Part shown: one piece after another, positions 31,242 through 39,381 of the stretch
How the letters are laid out: every line of letters begins with the position of its first letter
Position numbering within the stretch: the stretch's first letter is position 1
Origin: an uncultured Verrucomicrobiota bacterium
GTDB taxonomy: Bacteria > Verrucomicrobiota > Kiritimatiellia > RFP12 > UBA1067
Length of the DNA stretch: 64,000 bases
Reading direction: 5' to 3'
NCBI GenBank assembly: GCA_946055075.1
Contig: CAMGEN010000001.1
Coordinates: forward strand, 17,137 to 81,136
The notes under the pieces: generated by a model
What the model was told of the DNA's origin: nothing
Databases searched by the model: none
The model's input: the letters and a program-made list of their open reading frames with translations, nothing else
Program-made: the position numbers and the translations under genes

Positions 31242-31658
31242 ATGACCACCGTTACCAAGACCGTCAAGTTCGATGCCGCGCACATCCTCACCAATCATGA
31301 GGGCCTCTGCCGTAATCTTCATGGACATACCTACCGCGTAGACGTCTCCGTCTCCTGTGATGATCCGTTGGCGGAGGGCGGCATGGTCATCGATTTCAAA
31401 GAGTTGAAACGCATTGCAACCGCGGAGATCTGCGACAGGTTCGATCATGCCTTCATCTACAACACCGCTTCCGAGGGCGAGCGCGAAATCGCGGCCGTTG
31501 TTGAGAAGCACGGCATGCGCACGGTTGCACTTCCGTATCGCTCGACGGCTGAGAATCTAGCCAGGCATTTCTTTGAGATACTGACTCCGCTGATTGCCGG
31601 ACTCTCTGCGGTTACGGTTTGGGAGACCGCTGATTCTTCGGCGACTTACCGGGGTTGA
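31242..31658 (+). CDS. queD: 6-carboxy-5,6,7,8-tetrahydropterin synthase (QueD / PTPS family)
   Basis: 139 aa from the ATG at 31242. MTTVTKTVKFDAAHILTNHEGLCRNLHGHTYRV carries the Cx5HxH Zn motif. Confidence 0.8.
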   Translation: MTTVTKTVKFDAAHILTNHEGLCRNLHGHTYRVDVSVSCDDPLAEGGMVIDFKELKRIATAEICDRFDHAFIYNTASEGEREIAAVVEKHGMRTVALPYRSTAENLARHFFEILTPLIAGLSAVTVWETADSSATYRG

Positions 31659-31679
31659 TTGCATTCTTCTGACAAATTG

Positions 31680-31688
31680 TGTTATAAT
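31680..31688 (+). promoter_or_regulatory. extended -10 (TGTTATAAT) upstream of the PAS gene
   Basis: TGnTATAAT at 31680-31688 is 12 nt upstream of the ATG at 31701. Confidence 0.35.
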
Positions 31689-31700
31689 AATCAACGTTAT

Positions 31701-32412
31701 GCCACTTTTCGTTCCCAAAGACCGCAAGTCACTGTTCCGTCAGTTTTTGGCGGGAATGTACGACTCGGTGGTGATTACAGATCCTAACGGACACATTATC
31801 GAAATCAATCCTCGCGCGGAGGAGCATTTTGGCTTCACGCAGGATGAGGTTCTTGATAAGCCGATTTCAACGCTTATCGCTGGGCTTTCTACCGCGATCG
31901 TTCAGCGTATCCGCAAGGGGCTTGGCGAAGACCACCGTATGTTGCTCGATGGGCGAGGCCTCTGCAAGAACGGTGAGAAGTTTTGGTGTGAAGTGACGGT
32001 TTCGGTGATCGATCTGATTGATCCCGATGATCTCGTCTTCACAGTGCGTAACATTGAGCGTCGCCGCAAGTTGCGCGAGCGTCTGCGGGCGAAGGAGAAT
32101 GCCTTCGATATCGCCGGTGCCGCACTTTTCGCTTGCGGCCGGGATGGAACTTTTACCGAGGTCAATCAGGAGTTCCTCGATATGTTCGGGCTTGGCGATC
32201 TCGAAGAGGCTCGCACCCACACTTTCGCGGATTTCATTAATGACGACCCGTTGCCTGCTGATTTTCAGAAGGCGCTGGAAGGCGTAACCTCTTCGGTCGG
32301 AATCGTCGCGCAGGGCGATGATGAAGATGACCAGGAGATCGAGGTGAAGCTCGGTCCTAGTAAGATGGGGAACAAGATCGTCGGCGTGGTCGGCTCGATC
32401 ATCAAGGTCTGA
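31701..32412 (+). CDS. tandem PAS-domain protein (sensor module without an output domain)
   Basis: 237 aa. Two PAS-like repeats (VVITDPNGHIIEINPRAEEHFG...; ALFACGRDGTFTEVNQEFLDMFG...). Confidence 0.6.
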
Positions 32413-32416
32413 GACG

Positions 32417-33238
32417 ATGCGCGTCAATCCCGGCGATCCTAAGGTTCTCCAGGACTTCCTGGCAGCCAAGCTCTCTCTCTCCAAGCGCGGAGCCAAGGAA
32501 ATCATTGACCAACGTCGCTGCTGGGTCAACCGCAAGTGTATCTGGATGGCTCGCTTCGCGCTCAAGACCGGAGACACCGTCGAGGCGCAAAAGGGTATCC
32601 CGAAGGCCCCAGTGAAGTTCCATGTACGCGTGCTTTGGCAGAACGAGAATTATCTTGTCGCCGATAAGCCGGCGGGGATAGTTAGTTGCGACGATCCTAA
32701 GTCTACGGAGGCGATCCTTCGCGTGCAGGAGAAGATTCCGACCCTTGAGGCCGTGCATCGTCTTGATCGAGACACTACCGGCTGTCTTCTTTTCGCGAAG
32801 AACCATGCGGCTCTTGTTGCCGCGATTGAAGTTTTCAAGACTCACAAGGTTTCGAAGACTTATCACGCCATTTGCGCTGGGGAATTCAAGTTCGCGCATC
32901 AGGTAATCGATGCGCCGCTGGACGGACAGCCGGCGGTTTCGAAGGTCTCCCGCGAAGCGGTCGGGCGCAACGCGTCGTTCCTGCGGGTCAGGATCGAAAC
33001 TGGTCGCACCAATCAGATTCGCCGACATCTGTCATCCGTGCGTTCGCCGATCGTAGGCGACCGAGTCTTCGGGCTCAAGCAAGCGCGGGATCCGCGTCTT
33101 ATGCAGGTTCCGCGTCAGATGCTTCACGCTTCTACGCTCGCGCTTCCTGATCCGCTTTCACACGAGGAGATCAAGGTCCATTCGCCGTTGCCAGCCGACT
33201 TCCGCGCTACGTTGAAGCTTTTCGGGATGGGCAAGTAG
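32417..33238 (+). CDS. RluA-family 23S rRNA pseudouridine synthase (S4 domain + catalytic domain)
   Basis: 273 aa. An S4-like N-terminus and the catalytic HRLDRDTTGCLLFAKN motif. Confidence 0.85.
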   Translation: MRVNPGDPKVLQDFLAAKLSLSKRGAKEIIDQRRCWVNRKCIWMARFALKTGDTVEAQKGIPKAPVKFHVRVLWQNENYLVADKPAGIVSCDDPKSTEAILRVQEKIPTLEAVHRLDRDTTGCLLFAKNHAALVAAIEVFKTHKVSKTYHAICAGEFKFAHQVIDAPLDGQPAVSKVSREAVGRNASFLRVRIETGRTNQIRRHLSSVRSPIVGDRVFGLKQARDPRLMQVPRQMLHASTLALPDPLSHEEIKVHSPLPADFRATLKLFGMGK

Positions 33239-33306
33239 TGCTTGGCCATCGATGTTTGTGGCGAGAATATCAGGATTGACAGCTAACAACTAACGGCTAT
33301 TTCAAA

Positions 33307-34224
33307 GTGAAAGTTAAAATAGTAGATAGAATAGTCGAACTGATTCGGGATACGAGTTCGTCGCTTCCGGAGGATGTCCTCAAGGCCATTCGCTCTGCTT
33401 TTCGTAAGGAAGCGCGCGGTAAAAGTGCCGCGGTCGTGCTGAAGACGATTCTCGATAACTGCGCGCTTGCGAAGCGTGAGTCCACACCGCTTTGTCAGGA
33501 TACCGGTACGCTTGCTTTCTACATCGACGAGTCTCTTAAGCGTAAGGTCACTCCTGCAGTGATCAAGCAGGCTGTTGCCATTGCGACCGAGCGAGGTTAT
33601 CTTCGTAAGAACTGCATTGATTCCGTCACCGGCAGGAGCTATGACGACAACTGCTGCGATGGCGCACCGGTCGTGCACTACGTGCGCGAAATGATGAATG
33701 AGAAATGTGGAATGAGGAATGGCGGAACTGTAACTCTGCTTATGAAGGGCGGCGGGAGTGAGAACATGTCACGGCAGTATTCGCTACCGGATTCGTCGCT
33801 TGGTGCGGGACGCGATCTCGAGGGCGTTCGCAAGTGTATCCTTGACGCGGTCGTGAAGGCTCAGGGGTTCGGCTGCGCGCCTGGTATTCTAGGCGTCTGC
33901 ATCGGCGGGGACCGGGCGACGGCGTACGAGGTCGCGAAAGAGCAGCTGCTGCGTCCGCTCGGGAGCGGAAAGGATTCCGCATCCCCAGTTGGCGGAGTCG
34001 GTTTAGCCGGGGATGCGGAATCCCTTCCGCTCCGTAAGCTTGAGAAACGGATCTTGAAGGAGGCGAACTCGCTGGGGATCGGTCCGATGGGCCTCGGCGG
34101 CAAGACCACGCTACTCGGTGTGAAGATCGCGTCGCGTCCACGCGTTCCGGCATCGTTCTTCGTTACGGTCGCCTACATGTGCTGGGCCTGCCGCCGGCGG
34201 ACGATCGTGGTTCGTGGTTCGTGA
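33307..34224 (+). CDS. class I fumarate hydratase / L(+)-tartrate dehydratase alpha subunit (Fe-S hydro-lyase)
   Basis: 305 aa. It has the CQDTGT and Cys-ligand pattern of the alpha (N-terminal) domain and is a separate polypeptide, as in archaea and anaerobes. Confidence 0.8.
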   Translation: MKVKIVDRIVELIRDTSSSLPEDVLKAIRSAFRKEARGKSAAVVLKTILDNCALAKRESTPLCQDTGTLAFYIDESLKRKVTPAVIKQAVAIATERGYLRKNCIDSVTGRSYDDNCCDGAPVVHYVREMMNEKCGMRNGGTVTLLMKGGGSENMSRQYSLPDSSLGAGRDLEGVRKCILDAVVKAQGFGCAPGILGVCIGGDRATAYEVAKEQLLRPLGSGKDSASPVGGVGLAGDAESLPLRKLEKRILKEANSLGIGPMGLGGKTTLLGVKIASRPRVPASFFVTVAYMCWACRRRTIVVRGS

Positions 34225-34240
34225 TTCGAGGTTCGTGGTG
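34205..34240. repeat. GGTTCGT heptamer array spanning the alpha-subunit stop and the alpha/beta intergenic gap
   Basis: The sequence cgtggttcgtggttcgtgattcgaggttcgtggtg encodes the C-terminal ...RRRTIVVRGS of the alpha subunit. Confidence 0.6.
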
Positions 34241-34245
34241 ATGAT

Positions 34246-34857
34246 ATGATCAGACTTGGATATCCTTTCGGTGAAAAGCAGGTGCGCGCGCTGAAGGCTG
34301 GTGATGCCGTGTCCATTACCGGGCGCATCTACACAGGGCGCGACAAGTTCCACAAGTACTTCGCTGACGGCGGGAAGCTGCCAGTCGACTTCAGGGACGG
34401 TGCACTCTATCATTGCGGTCCTGTCGTGATTCGATCTTCTTCAACTCCACCCCCAAAAACACCCGAACATCCCAACGCCTGGATCGTGAAGGCTGCGGGG
34501 CCGACGACGTCCGTCCGAGAGAATCCCTACGAACCCGCTTTCATCGCGAAGAGCGGAGTGCGGCTTGTGATCGGCAAGGGGGGGATGGATGCGGCGACGC
34601 TCGCCGCGATGAAGAAATACGGGTGCGTCTATATTCAGGCCGTTGGCGGTGCGGCGGCCTTGTCCGCGGCGGCGGTGAAGAAGGTCGCTGGGGTTTCGCT
34701 GCTTGAAGAGTTCGGGGCTGCCGAGGCTGTCTGGCATTTTGATGTCGAGAACTTCACCGGTATCGTCGCGATGGATGCGCACGGAAAGAGTCTGTTCGAC
34801 GAAGTTGCGTCAGTGTCGCGCGCTAGGCTGGCGGAGCTGTCCGTTCCCAAAAGGTAA
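34246..34857 (+). CDS. class I fumarate hydratase beta subunit (C-terminal catalytic domain)
   Basis: 203 aa. AGDAVSITGRIYTGRDKFHKY, AAGPTTS and VRLVIGKGGM motifs. It has a low-complexity insert SSTPPPKTPEHPNA at 34440-34478. Confidence 0.8.
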   Translation: MIRLGYPFGEKQVRALKAGDAVSITGRIYTGRDKFHKYFADGGKLPVDFRDGALYHCGPVVIRSSSTPPPKTPEHPNAWIVKAAGPTTSVRENPYEPAFIAKSGVRLVIGKGGMDAATLAAMKKYGCVYIQAVGGAAALSAAAVKKVAGVSLLEEFGAAEAVWHFDVENFTGIVAMDAHGKSLFDEVASVSRARLAELSVPKR

Positions 34858-34865
34858 GTAGTATC

Positions 34866-36233
34866 ATGAATGTACTTGATCGAATTCTCTCGGACCGTGA
34901 ACGTTTCACTTGCCAGGTCAGCACGCTCGGCGAATGCCGGCTACAGTCTCCGATGTCGGCCGGACAGTTCGTCCCGGACGGAGAACGGATCTTCGCAACC
35001 GAGAACGAGAGTCATGCGCGGTTCGCTGAGAACGGACTCGGTCATTTGCCGACTTTCGAACGCGCTGGAGCGAAGGAGAAGATTTTCCACGATCCTTCCT
35101 GGACCCGCGCCGCGATCCTGACCGCGGGCGGACTCTGTCCGGGGCTCAACACAGTCATCAAGGGTATTGTTGAGATTCTCGCCAACGATTATGGCGTGAA
35201 GAGCATCTTCGGGATTCGTTACGGTTACGCTGGCTTGAACCCTAAGTTCGGCTATGAGCCGATGATGCTCGACCCGGACGCGGTTGACACGATCCACGAG
35301 CGGGGAGGAACCATACTCGGATCTAGCCGCGGCAATCAGCCAGTGGACGTAATGGTGGATACGCTCGTGAGGATGAACATCAATATCCTTTTCTGCATCG
35401 GCGGCGATGGAACGTTGCGGGGCGCGAGCGCGATCGCGGCGGAAGTGGCGCGGCGCGGACTCAAGATCTCCGTCGTCGGCATTCCAAAGACGATCGACAA
35501 CGATCTCATGTTCGTCGGTCGTTCGTTCGGATTCGAAACCGCGGTCAGTGAGGCTTCCGAGGTGATCCGCAATGCCCATGTGGAGGCGAAGGGCACGCCT
35601 CACGGTATCGGACTCGTAAAGCTAATGGGACGCGATTCTGGCTTCATCGCTGCCGCAGCCACGGTCGCCAATCCTGTGGTCAACTTCTGTCTGGTCCCGG
35701 AAGTGGCGTTCGCCATGGAAGGTGAGGACGGGCTTCTCACTGCACTCGAACGGCGGTTTGCGCGAGGCAAATCCCATGCGGTGATCGTCGTCGCCGAGGG
35801 GGCGGGCCAGGAACTGCTTGAGGGCGAGGAGCGCCGTGACGCGAGCGGGAACGTTCTCAAGAAGGACATCGGCGAGTTCCTCAAGCGGCGTTGCACCGAG
35901 TACTTCAGGGAGAAGGGCATCGATTCTTCAGTCAAGTACTTCGATCCGAGTTACATCATTCGCAGTTGTCCAGCCCGTGGTACGGACGCTTTGCGTTGTT
36001 ATATGCTTGCCCGTGCCGCGGTTCACGCAGCGATGGCCGGACGTACCGACTGCGTGGTCGGCAACATCGGCGAAAGCTATGCGCTCGTCCCGATTGCGCT
36101 TGCGACTATACAGCGTCAGAAGATCTACACCGACAGCGCGCTCTGGCACTGCGTGCTCGATGCGACCGGACAGGAATATTATTTCAAGGGCGCTTCGCGG
36201 GGTGCTTCTGCCGCGGACGCATTCGCTCCGTAA
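34866..36233 (+). CDS. 6-phosphofructokinase (long PfkA-group; ATP- or PPi-dependence undetermined)
   Basis: 455 aa. GGLCPGLNTVIKG, CIGGDGTLRGA and GIPKTIDNDL motifs. Confidence 0.85.
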   Translation: MNVLDRILSDRERFTCQVSTLGECRLQSPMSAGQFVPDGERIFATENESHARFAENGLGHLPTFERAGAKEKIFHDPSWTRAAILTAGGLCPGLNTVIKGIVEILANDYGVKSIFGIRYGYAGLNPKFGYEPMMLDPDAVDTIHERGGTILGSSRGNQPVDVMVDTLVRMNINILFCIGGDGTLRGASAIAAEVARRGLKISVVGIPKTIDNDLMFVGRSFGFETAVSEASEVIRNAHVEAKGTPHGIGLVKLMGRDSGFIAAAATVANPVVNFCLVPEVAFAMEGEDGLLTALERRFARGKSHAVIVVAEGAGQELLEGEERRDASGNVLKKDIGEFLKRRCTEYFREKGIDSSVKYFDPSYIIRSCPARGTDALRCYMLARAAVHAAMAGRTDCVVGNIGESYALVPIALATIQRQKIYTDSALWHCVLDATGQEYYFKGASRGASAADAFAP

Positions 36234-36251
36234 ACGGATTGAGATCAGAGG

Positions 36252-37103
36252 ATGGTTATGAATGTATACGGGCAAATCTTATCGGATATAGTCGAGCCAG
36301 CGAAGATCTGGATTGCTGAAAACGGACTGGACTTCGCTGGGCGGATTGTGGCCGCCTCGGTTATCCTCCTCATCGGCGCCATAGCGATTATGTTTTTGGC
36401 GAGGTTCTTGCGCAAGCTTGTCGATAAACATACCGGCGATAAGGTGCTGTTAGAACGGTTTTTCGTGTCCGTCGGCACCAAGATCGCCTGGACGGTGTTG
36501 CTTACGGTTGTTATCTCGAAGCTCGGGGTGAACGTGGGCCCGATCATCGCCGGACTCGGTGCGACCGGTTTCATTGTCGGTTTTGCGTTTCAAGAGTCAC
36601 TTGGTTCGCTTGCGGCCGGCATCATGATCGCGTTCAACCAGCCGTTCAAGATCGGTGATTATGTCACGGTCGCAGGATACGAGGGGACGGTTCGTCACCT
36701 CGACATGATGACGGTTACGCTTACTACCGCGGACAACCGCCGGATCACCATCCCTAATAAACAGGCGTGGGGTTCGGCGATCGTCAACTATTCGGCGATG
36801 CCGATCCGGCGTGTCGAGATCTCGGTCGGGGTCTCCTATTCCTCGGATATCGGCAAGGCCTGCGCGGTCGCGATCGAGGTGTTAGGGACGATACCCGGGG
36901 TGTTGAAGGATCCGGCGCCGTGTTCTCTGGTCAAGGCCTTGCAGGACAGTTCGGTGCTTCTGACGTTCCGCGCCTGGGTGAACAACGCCGATTACTGGCC
37001 GGTCACTTCTTCGGCCACGCAGCTGATCAAGGAATCCTACGATCGTGCCGGCATTTCCATCCCGTTCCCTCAGCTCGACGTCCACGTCCTCAACAAGTCT
37101 TGA
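36252..37103 (+). CDS. small-conductance mechanosensitive channel (MscS family)
   Basis: 283 aa. Three TM helices followed by an MscS beta/alpha-beta domain (QPFKIGDYV...GTV..L.....TT). Confidence 0.8.
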   Translation: MVMNVYGQILSDIVEPAKIWIAENGLDFAGRIVAASVILLIGAIAIMFLARFLRKLVDKHTGDKVLLERFFVSVGTKIAWTVLLTVVISKLGVNVGPIIAGLGATGFIVGFAFQESLGSLAAGIMIAFNQPFKIGDYVTVAGYEGTVRHLDMMTVTLTTADNRRITIPNKQAWGSAIVNYSAMPIRRVEISVGVSYSSDIGKACAVAIEVLGTIPGVLKDPAPCSLVKALQDSSVLLTFRAWVNNADYWPVTSSATQLIKESYDRAGISIPFPQLDVHVLNKS

Positions 37104-37132
37104 TACCCCACTTGACCTGTTGGGTGCCAGAC

Positions 37133-37172
37133 GCCGTGGATCCTAATTCCGATCCACGGCGTTTCATTTTTT
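37133..37172 (+). terminator. rho-independent terminator after mscS
   Basis: A 10-bp stem (gccgtggatc / gatccacggc) with an 8-nt loop is followed by gtttcatttttt. It marks the left edge of the low-GC island. Confidence 0.7.
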
Positions 37173-37231
37173 CGGCATTGCCGTTCCCAATATTTCGCGC
37201 TCCTCGTCAGTTTGTTTTGGTGTGAACATCG

Positions 37232-37259
37232 TGAATTTGGTATAATATTACCAAAATTT
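37232..37259 (+). promoter_or_regulatory. extended -10 promoter TTTGGTATAAT embedded in a near-perfect palindrome (aatttggtaTAATATtaccaaaatt)
   Basis: TATAAT is at 37242-37247. The flanking arms aatttggta / taccaaaatt are inverted repeats, giving a possible operator overlapping the promoter of the Fic gene. Confidence 0.45.
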
Positions 37260-37270
37260 GAGAGCACGAT

Positions 37271-38163
37271 ATGGGCGAAGATCAGTGGGGTAAATATCTG
37301 CGGGCTAAGGAGCCGGGGGTGCGCGAGAAGGCGTACGCCTGGAAGACGGCGTCTTTGAATTCGCGGGACGTATTCGGGACTATGACATCACTAAGGATGA
37401 ATGGGTGCTTGACGGCGATACGGTGCGGTATGGTTCGTCTTATCGCCTGATGGAGATGTTGACGTTTGACATCAAACAAGAACGCGAGTTCTCGTATGTC
37501 GGACTAACCGAGTCGGAAATCATTCGTCACATTTCCCGATTTACATCTAACCTCTGGCAGATTCATGCCTTTGGTGAAGGGAATACGCGCACGACGGGAG
37601 TCTTTGTCATCAAGTATTTGCGGACGCTCGGCTTTGATGTCGCGAATGACGTTTTCGCCGAGAACGCTTGGTATTTCCGTAATGCGCTCGTCAGGGCGAA
37701 CTATACGAACGTGCCGAAGGGGATTGAGGAGACGACGGAATATCTGGAGTTGTTCTTCCGCAATCTGCTGTTAGGCGAGTCGAATGTTTTGCAAAGTCGC
37801 TATTTGCTTGTGGGAGGATGGAAAGGGTCTGACGACCCTACAAGCAACATTATGACCCCCGCAAGTAACGTCGACACCCCCGCAAGTAAAAGCATGACCC
37901 CCACAAGTAATAGCAGTGGAAACTGGGCGTTGTCTAAAGCGGTCAAACGGCTTTTGCTTGTTCTTGGTGATGATGAATTGACGAGAGAGCAGTTGATGAG
38001 GTCTTTGAAGCTCAAGGATCGTAAGAATTTTTCTGAATACTCGTTGGGACCGGCGCTCAAGATCGGTCTTGTCGAGATGACCCAGCCCGACAGTCCGCGC
38101 TCGCCAACACAGCGTTATCGTCTGACCGCCAGCGGTCAAAAGGCGAAGAAGAGCTGCGTATAA
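37271..38163 (+). pseudogene. Fic/DOC-family protein gene with a disrupted N-terminus (frameshift plus probable internal deletion), FGEGNTRT-type Fic motif, C-terminal wHTH
   Basis: The ATG at 37271 opens frame 2, which encodes MGEDQWGKYLRAKEPGVREKAYAWKTA (a classic Fic N-terminus). It then runs into nonsense and a stop near 37448. Frame 1 continues from about 37350 with FEFAGRIRDYDITKDEWVLDGDTV...HAFGEGNTRTTGV...; the ORF track starts this part at GTG 37405. The about 60 aa that normally separate AYAWKTA from F(E/D)G..D.AG are missing. Confidence 0.5.
37836..37915. repeat. three 21-bp tandem repeats inside the Fic gene
   Basis: (a)tgaccccc(g/a)caagtaa... occurs three times and encodes TSNIMTP/ASNVDTP/ASKSMTP. 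Confidence 0.5.
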
Positions 38164-38223
38164 TTTCGATGCCATACGGCAGTCGCTTATTCTCCCCGAT
38201 TTTCCCTCCCCCGAAGTCGGTTC

Positions 38224-38234
38224 TTTGGTATAAT
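38224..38234 (+). promoter_or_regulatory. extended -10 promoter TTTGGTATAAT giving a leaderless transcript for the CARF operon
   Basis: TATAAT is at 38229-38234 and the ATG at 38244, 9 nt downstream, with no SD. The ORF-track start at 38169 lies upstream of the promoter. Confidence 0.5.
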
Positions 38235-38243
38235 AGTGCCGCT

Positions 38244-39380
38244 ATGCGAGTTGATAAACGCACGATTCTGATTGCGGGGATGGGGACATCACCCGCGGTC
38301 CTCACCGAAACGGTGTGGGCGCTTTGCCATCAGAAGAACCCGATGGTGCCGGACGAGATCGTGGTGCTGGTCACGAAGTCTGGCAAGGAGCGGCTTTGCG
38401 ATGAGCTGTTGTCTGGTGAGAAGTCGGTTTGGGGTCAGATGCTTGCCGCGCTAAAGAAAGAAAAGATCAAGATTGATGGCAAATTGATCTTTGGAGATAC
38501 TTCAATCCGTGTTATTCCCGACGAACGCGGCAATGGTATCGCGGACCTTCGTTCTGGCGATGACAATCTTCGTGCGGCGGATTTCATGCTGCAGCAGGTC
38601 CGTCAGTACACCGAATCTCCGGACACGGTGGTGCTGGCGTCTATTGCCGGCGGACGCAAGACGATGAGCGCATTGCTGTTTTCCTGCATGAGCCTGCTGG
38701 GCCGCGAGGACGATAAGGTTTTTCACGTTCTCTTGCCGCCGGAATTTGAAGGCGGCGTTGAACCGCCGATGTACTATCCGGTGAAGGGCGTGACCTACGT
38801 CAATCGTAGGACCAAAATGAAGTACAAGAGCGACAAATACAAGAGCGAGCTGTTCGAGGTTCCGTTCGTCCGTATGCGCGGCTGGTATCAGGAGAAGTTC
38901 AAGACGATTCCGCCGTCTTACCGTACGCTGATCGAAAAGGTGCAGGACGCGGCACCGAAGGCCGTGGTTTATCCGAAGATCGAGATCGACGCGGCAAATG
39001 GCACGGTCAAGCTGAACGGTGCGCACGTCGCTTTGAGTAAGACCAATTTCGCCGCGCTTTATTTGATCGCTAATGGCTGTCCAATGAAAGACCTCCACGC
39101 GAAGCTCGTCGAGCTTCACAACGACCATAGTGACAAGCGCATCGACTGGCTTGACACTTTCCGCGAGGGCTCCCGCTTCGCCCGTATTGATGACATCGAC
39201 GATCTGCGCAAGACACTTTCGGAACTCCGCAAGAAGCTCCAGTCCGCCGGCTTCGTCAACGCCGAAACCCTCGTTCCCCAGCGCGGCAACCCGGTGACGT
39301 TCCCGATGGGGAAGATCAATTGCCTGGACAAGAAACTTAGGGATGTCCGCGGATGTCTTTTATTACGAAGGGACGCCTGA
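38244..39380 (+). CDS. CARF-domain protein with C-terminal winged-HTH-like domain (Csa3-like cyclic-oligonucleotide sensor/regulator)
   Basis: 378 aa from the ATG at 38244. The first strand/loop reads TILIAGMGTSPAVLTETVWAL (CARF GxSP motif). A second CARF signature, VVLASIAGGRKTMSALL, matches the D(L/V)TGGTKxMS sensor loop. The C-terminal part, VKLNGAHVALSKTNFAALYLIANGCPMKDLHAKLV, looks like an HTH. Confidence 0.7.
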   Translation: MRVDKRTILIAGMGTSPAVLTETVWALCHQKNPMVPDEIVVLVTKSGKERLCDELLSGEKSVWGQMLAALKKEKIKIDGKLIFGDTSIRVIPDERGNGIADLRSGDDNLRAADFMLQQVRQYTESPDTVVLASIAGGRKTMSALLFSCMSLLGREDDKVFHVLLPPEFEGGVEPPMYYPVKGVTYVNRRTKMKYKSDKYKSELFEVPFVRMRGWYQEKFKTIPPSYRTLIEKVQDAAPKAVVYPKIEIDAANGTVKLNGAHVALSKTNFAALYLIANGCPMKDLHAKLVELHNDHSDKRIDWLDTFREGSRFARIDDIDDLRKTLSELRKKLQSAGFVNAETLVPQRGNPVTFPMGKINCLDKKLRDVRGCLLLRRDA

Positions 39381-39381
39381 A

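Noticed and set aside
38169-38243. ORF-track N-terminal 25 residues of the CARF gene (MPYGSRLFSPIFPPPKSVLWYNSAA)
   Set aside because: This stretch contains the TTTGGTATAAT promoter itself. The ATG at 38244 follows at leaderless spacing.
39343-39381. ORF-track start of the HEPN-MTase gene overlapping the CARF gene by 38 nt
   Set aside because: An in-frame ATG at 39382, directly after the CARF stop, gives a tidier translationally coupled start.
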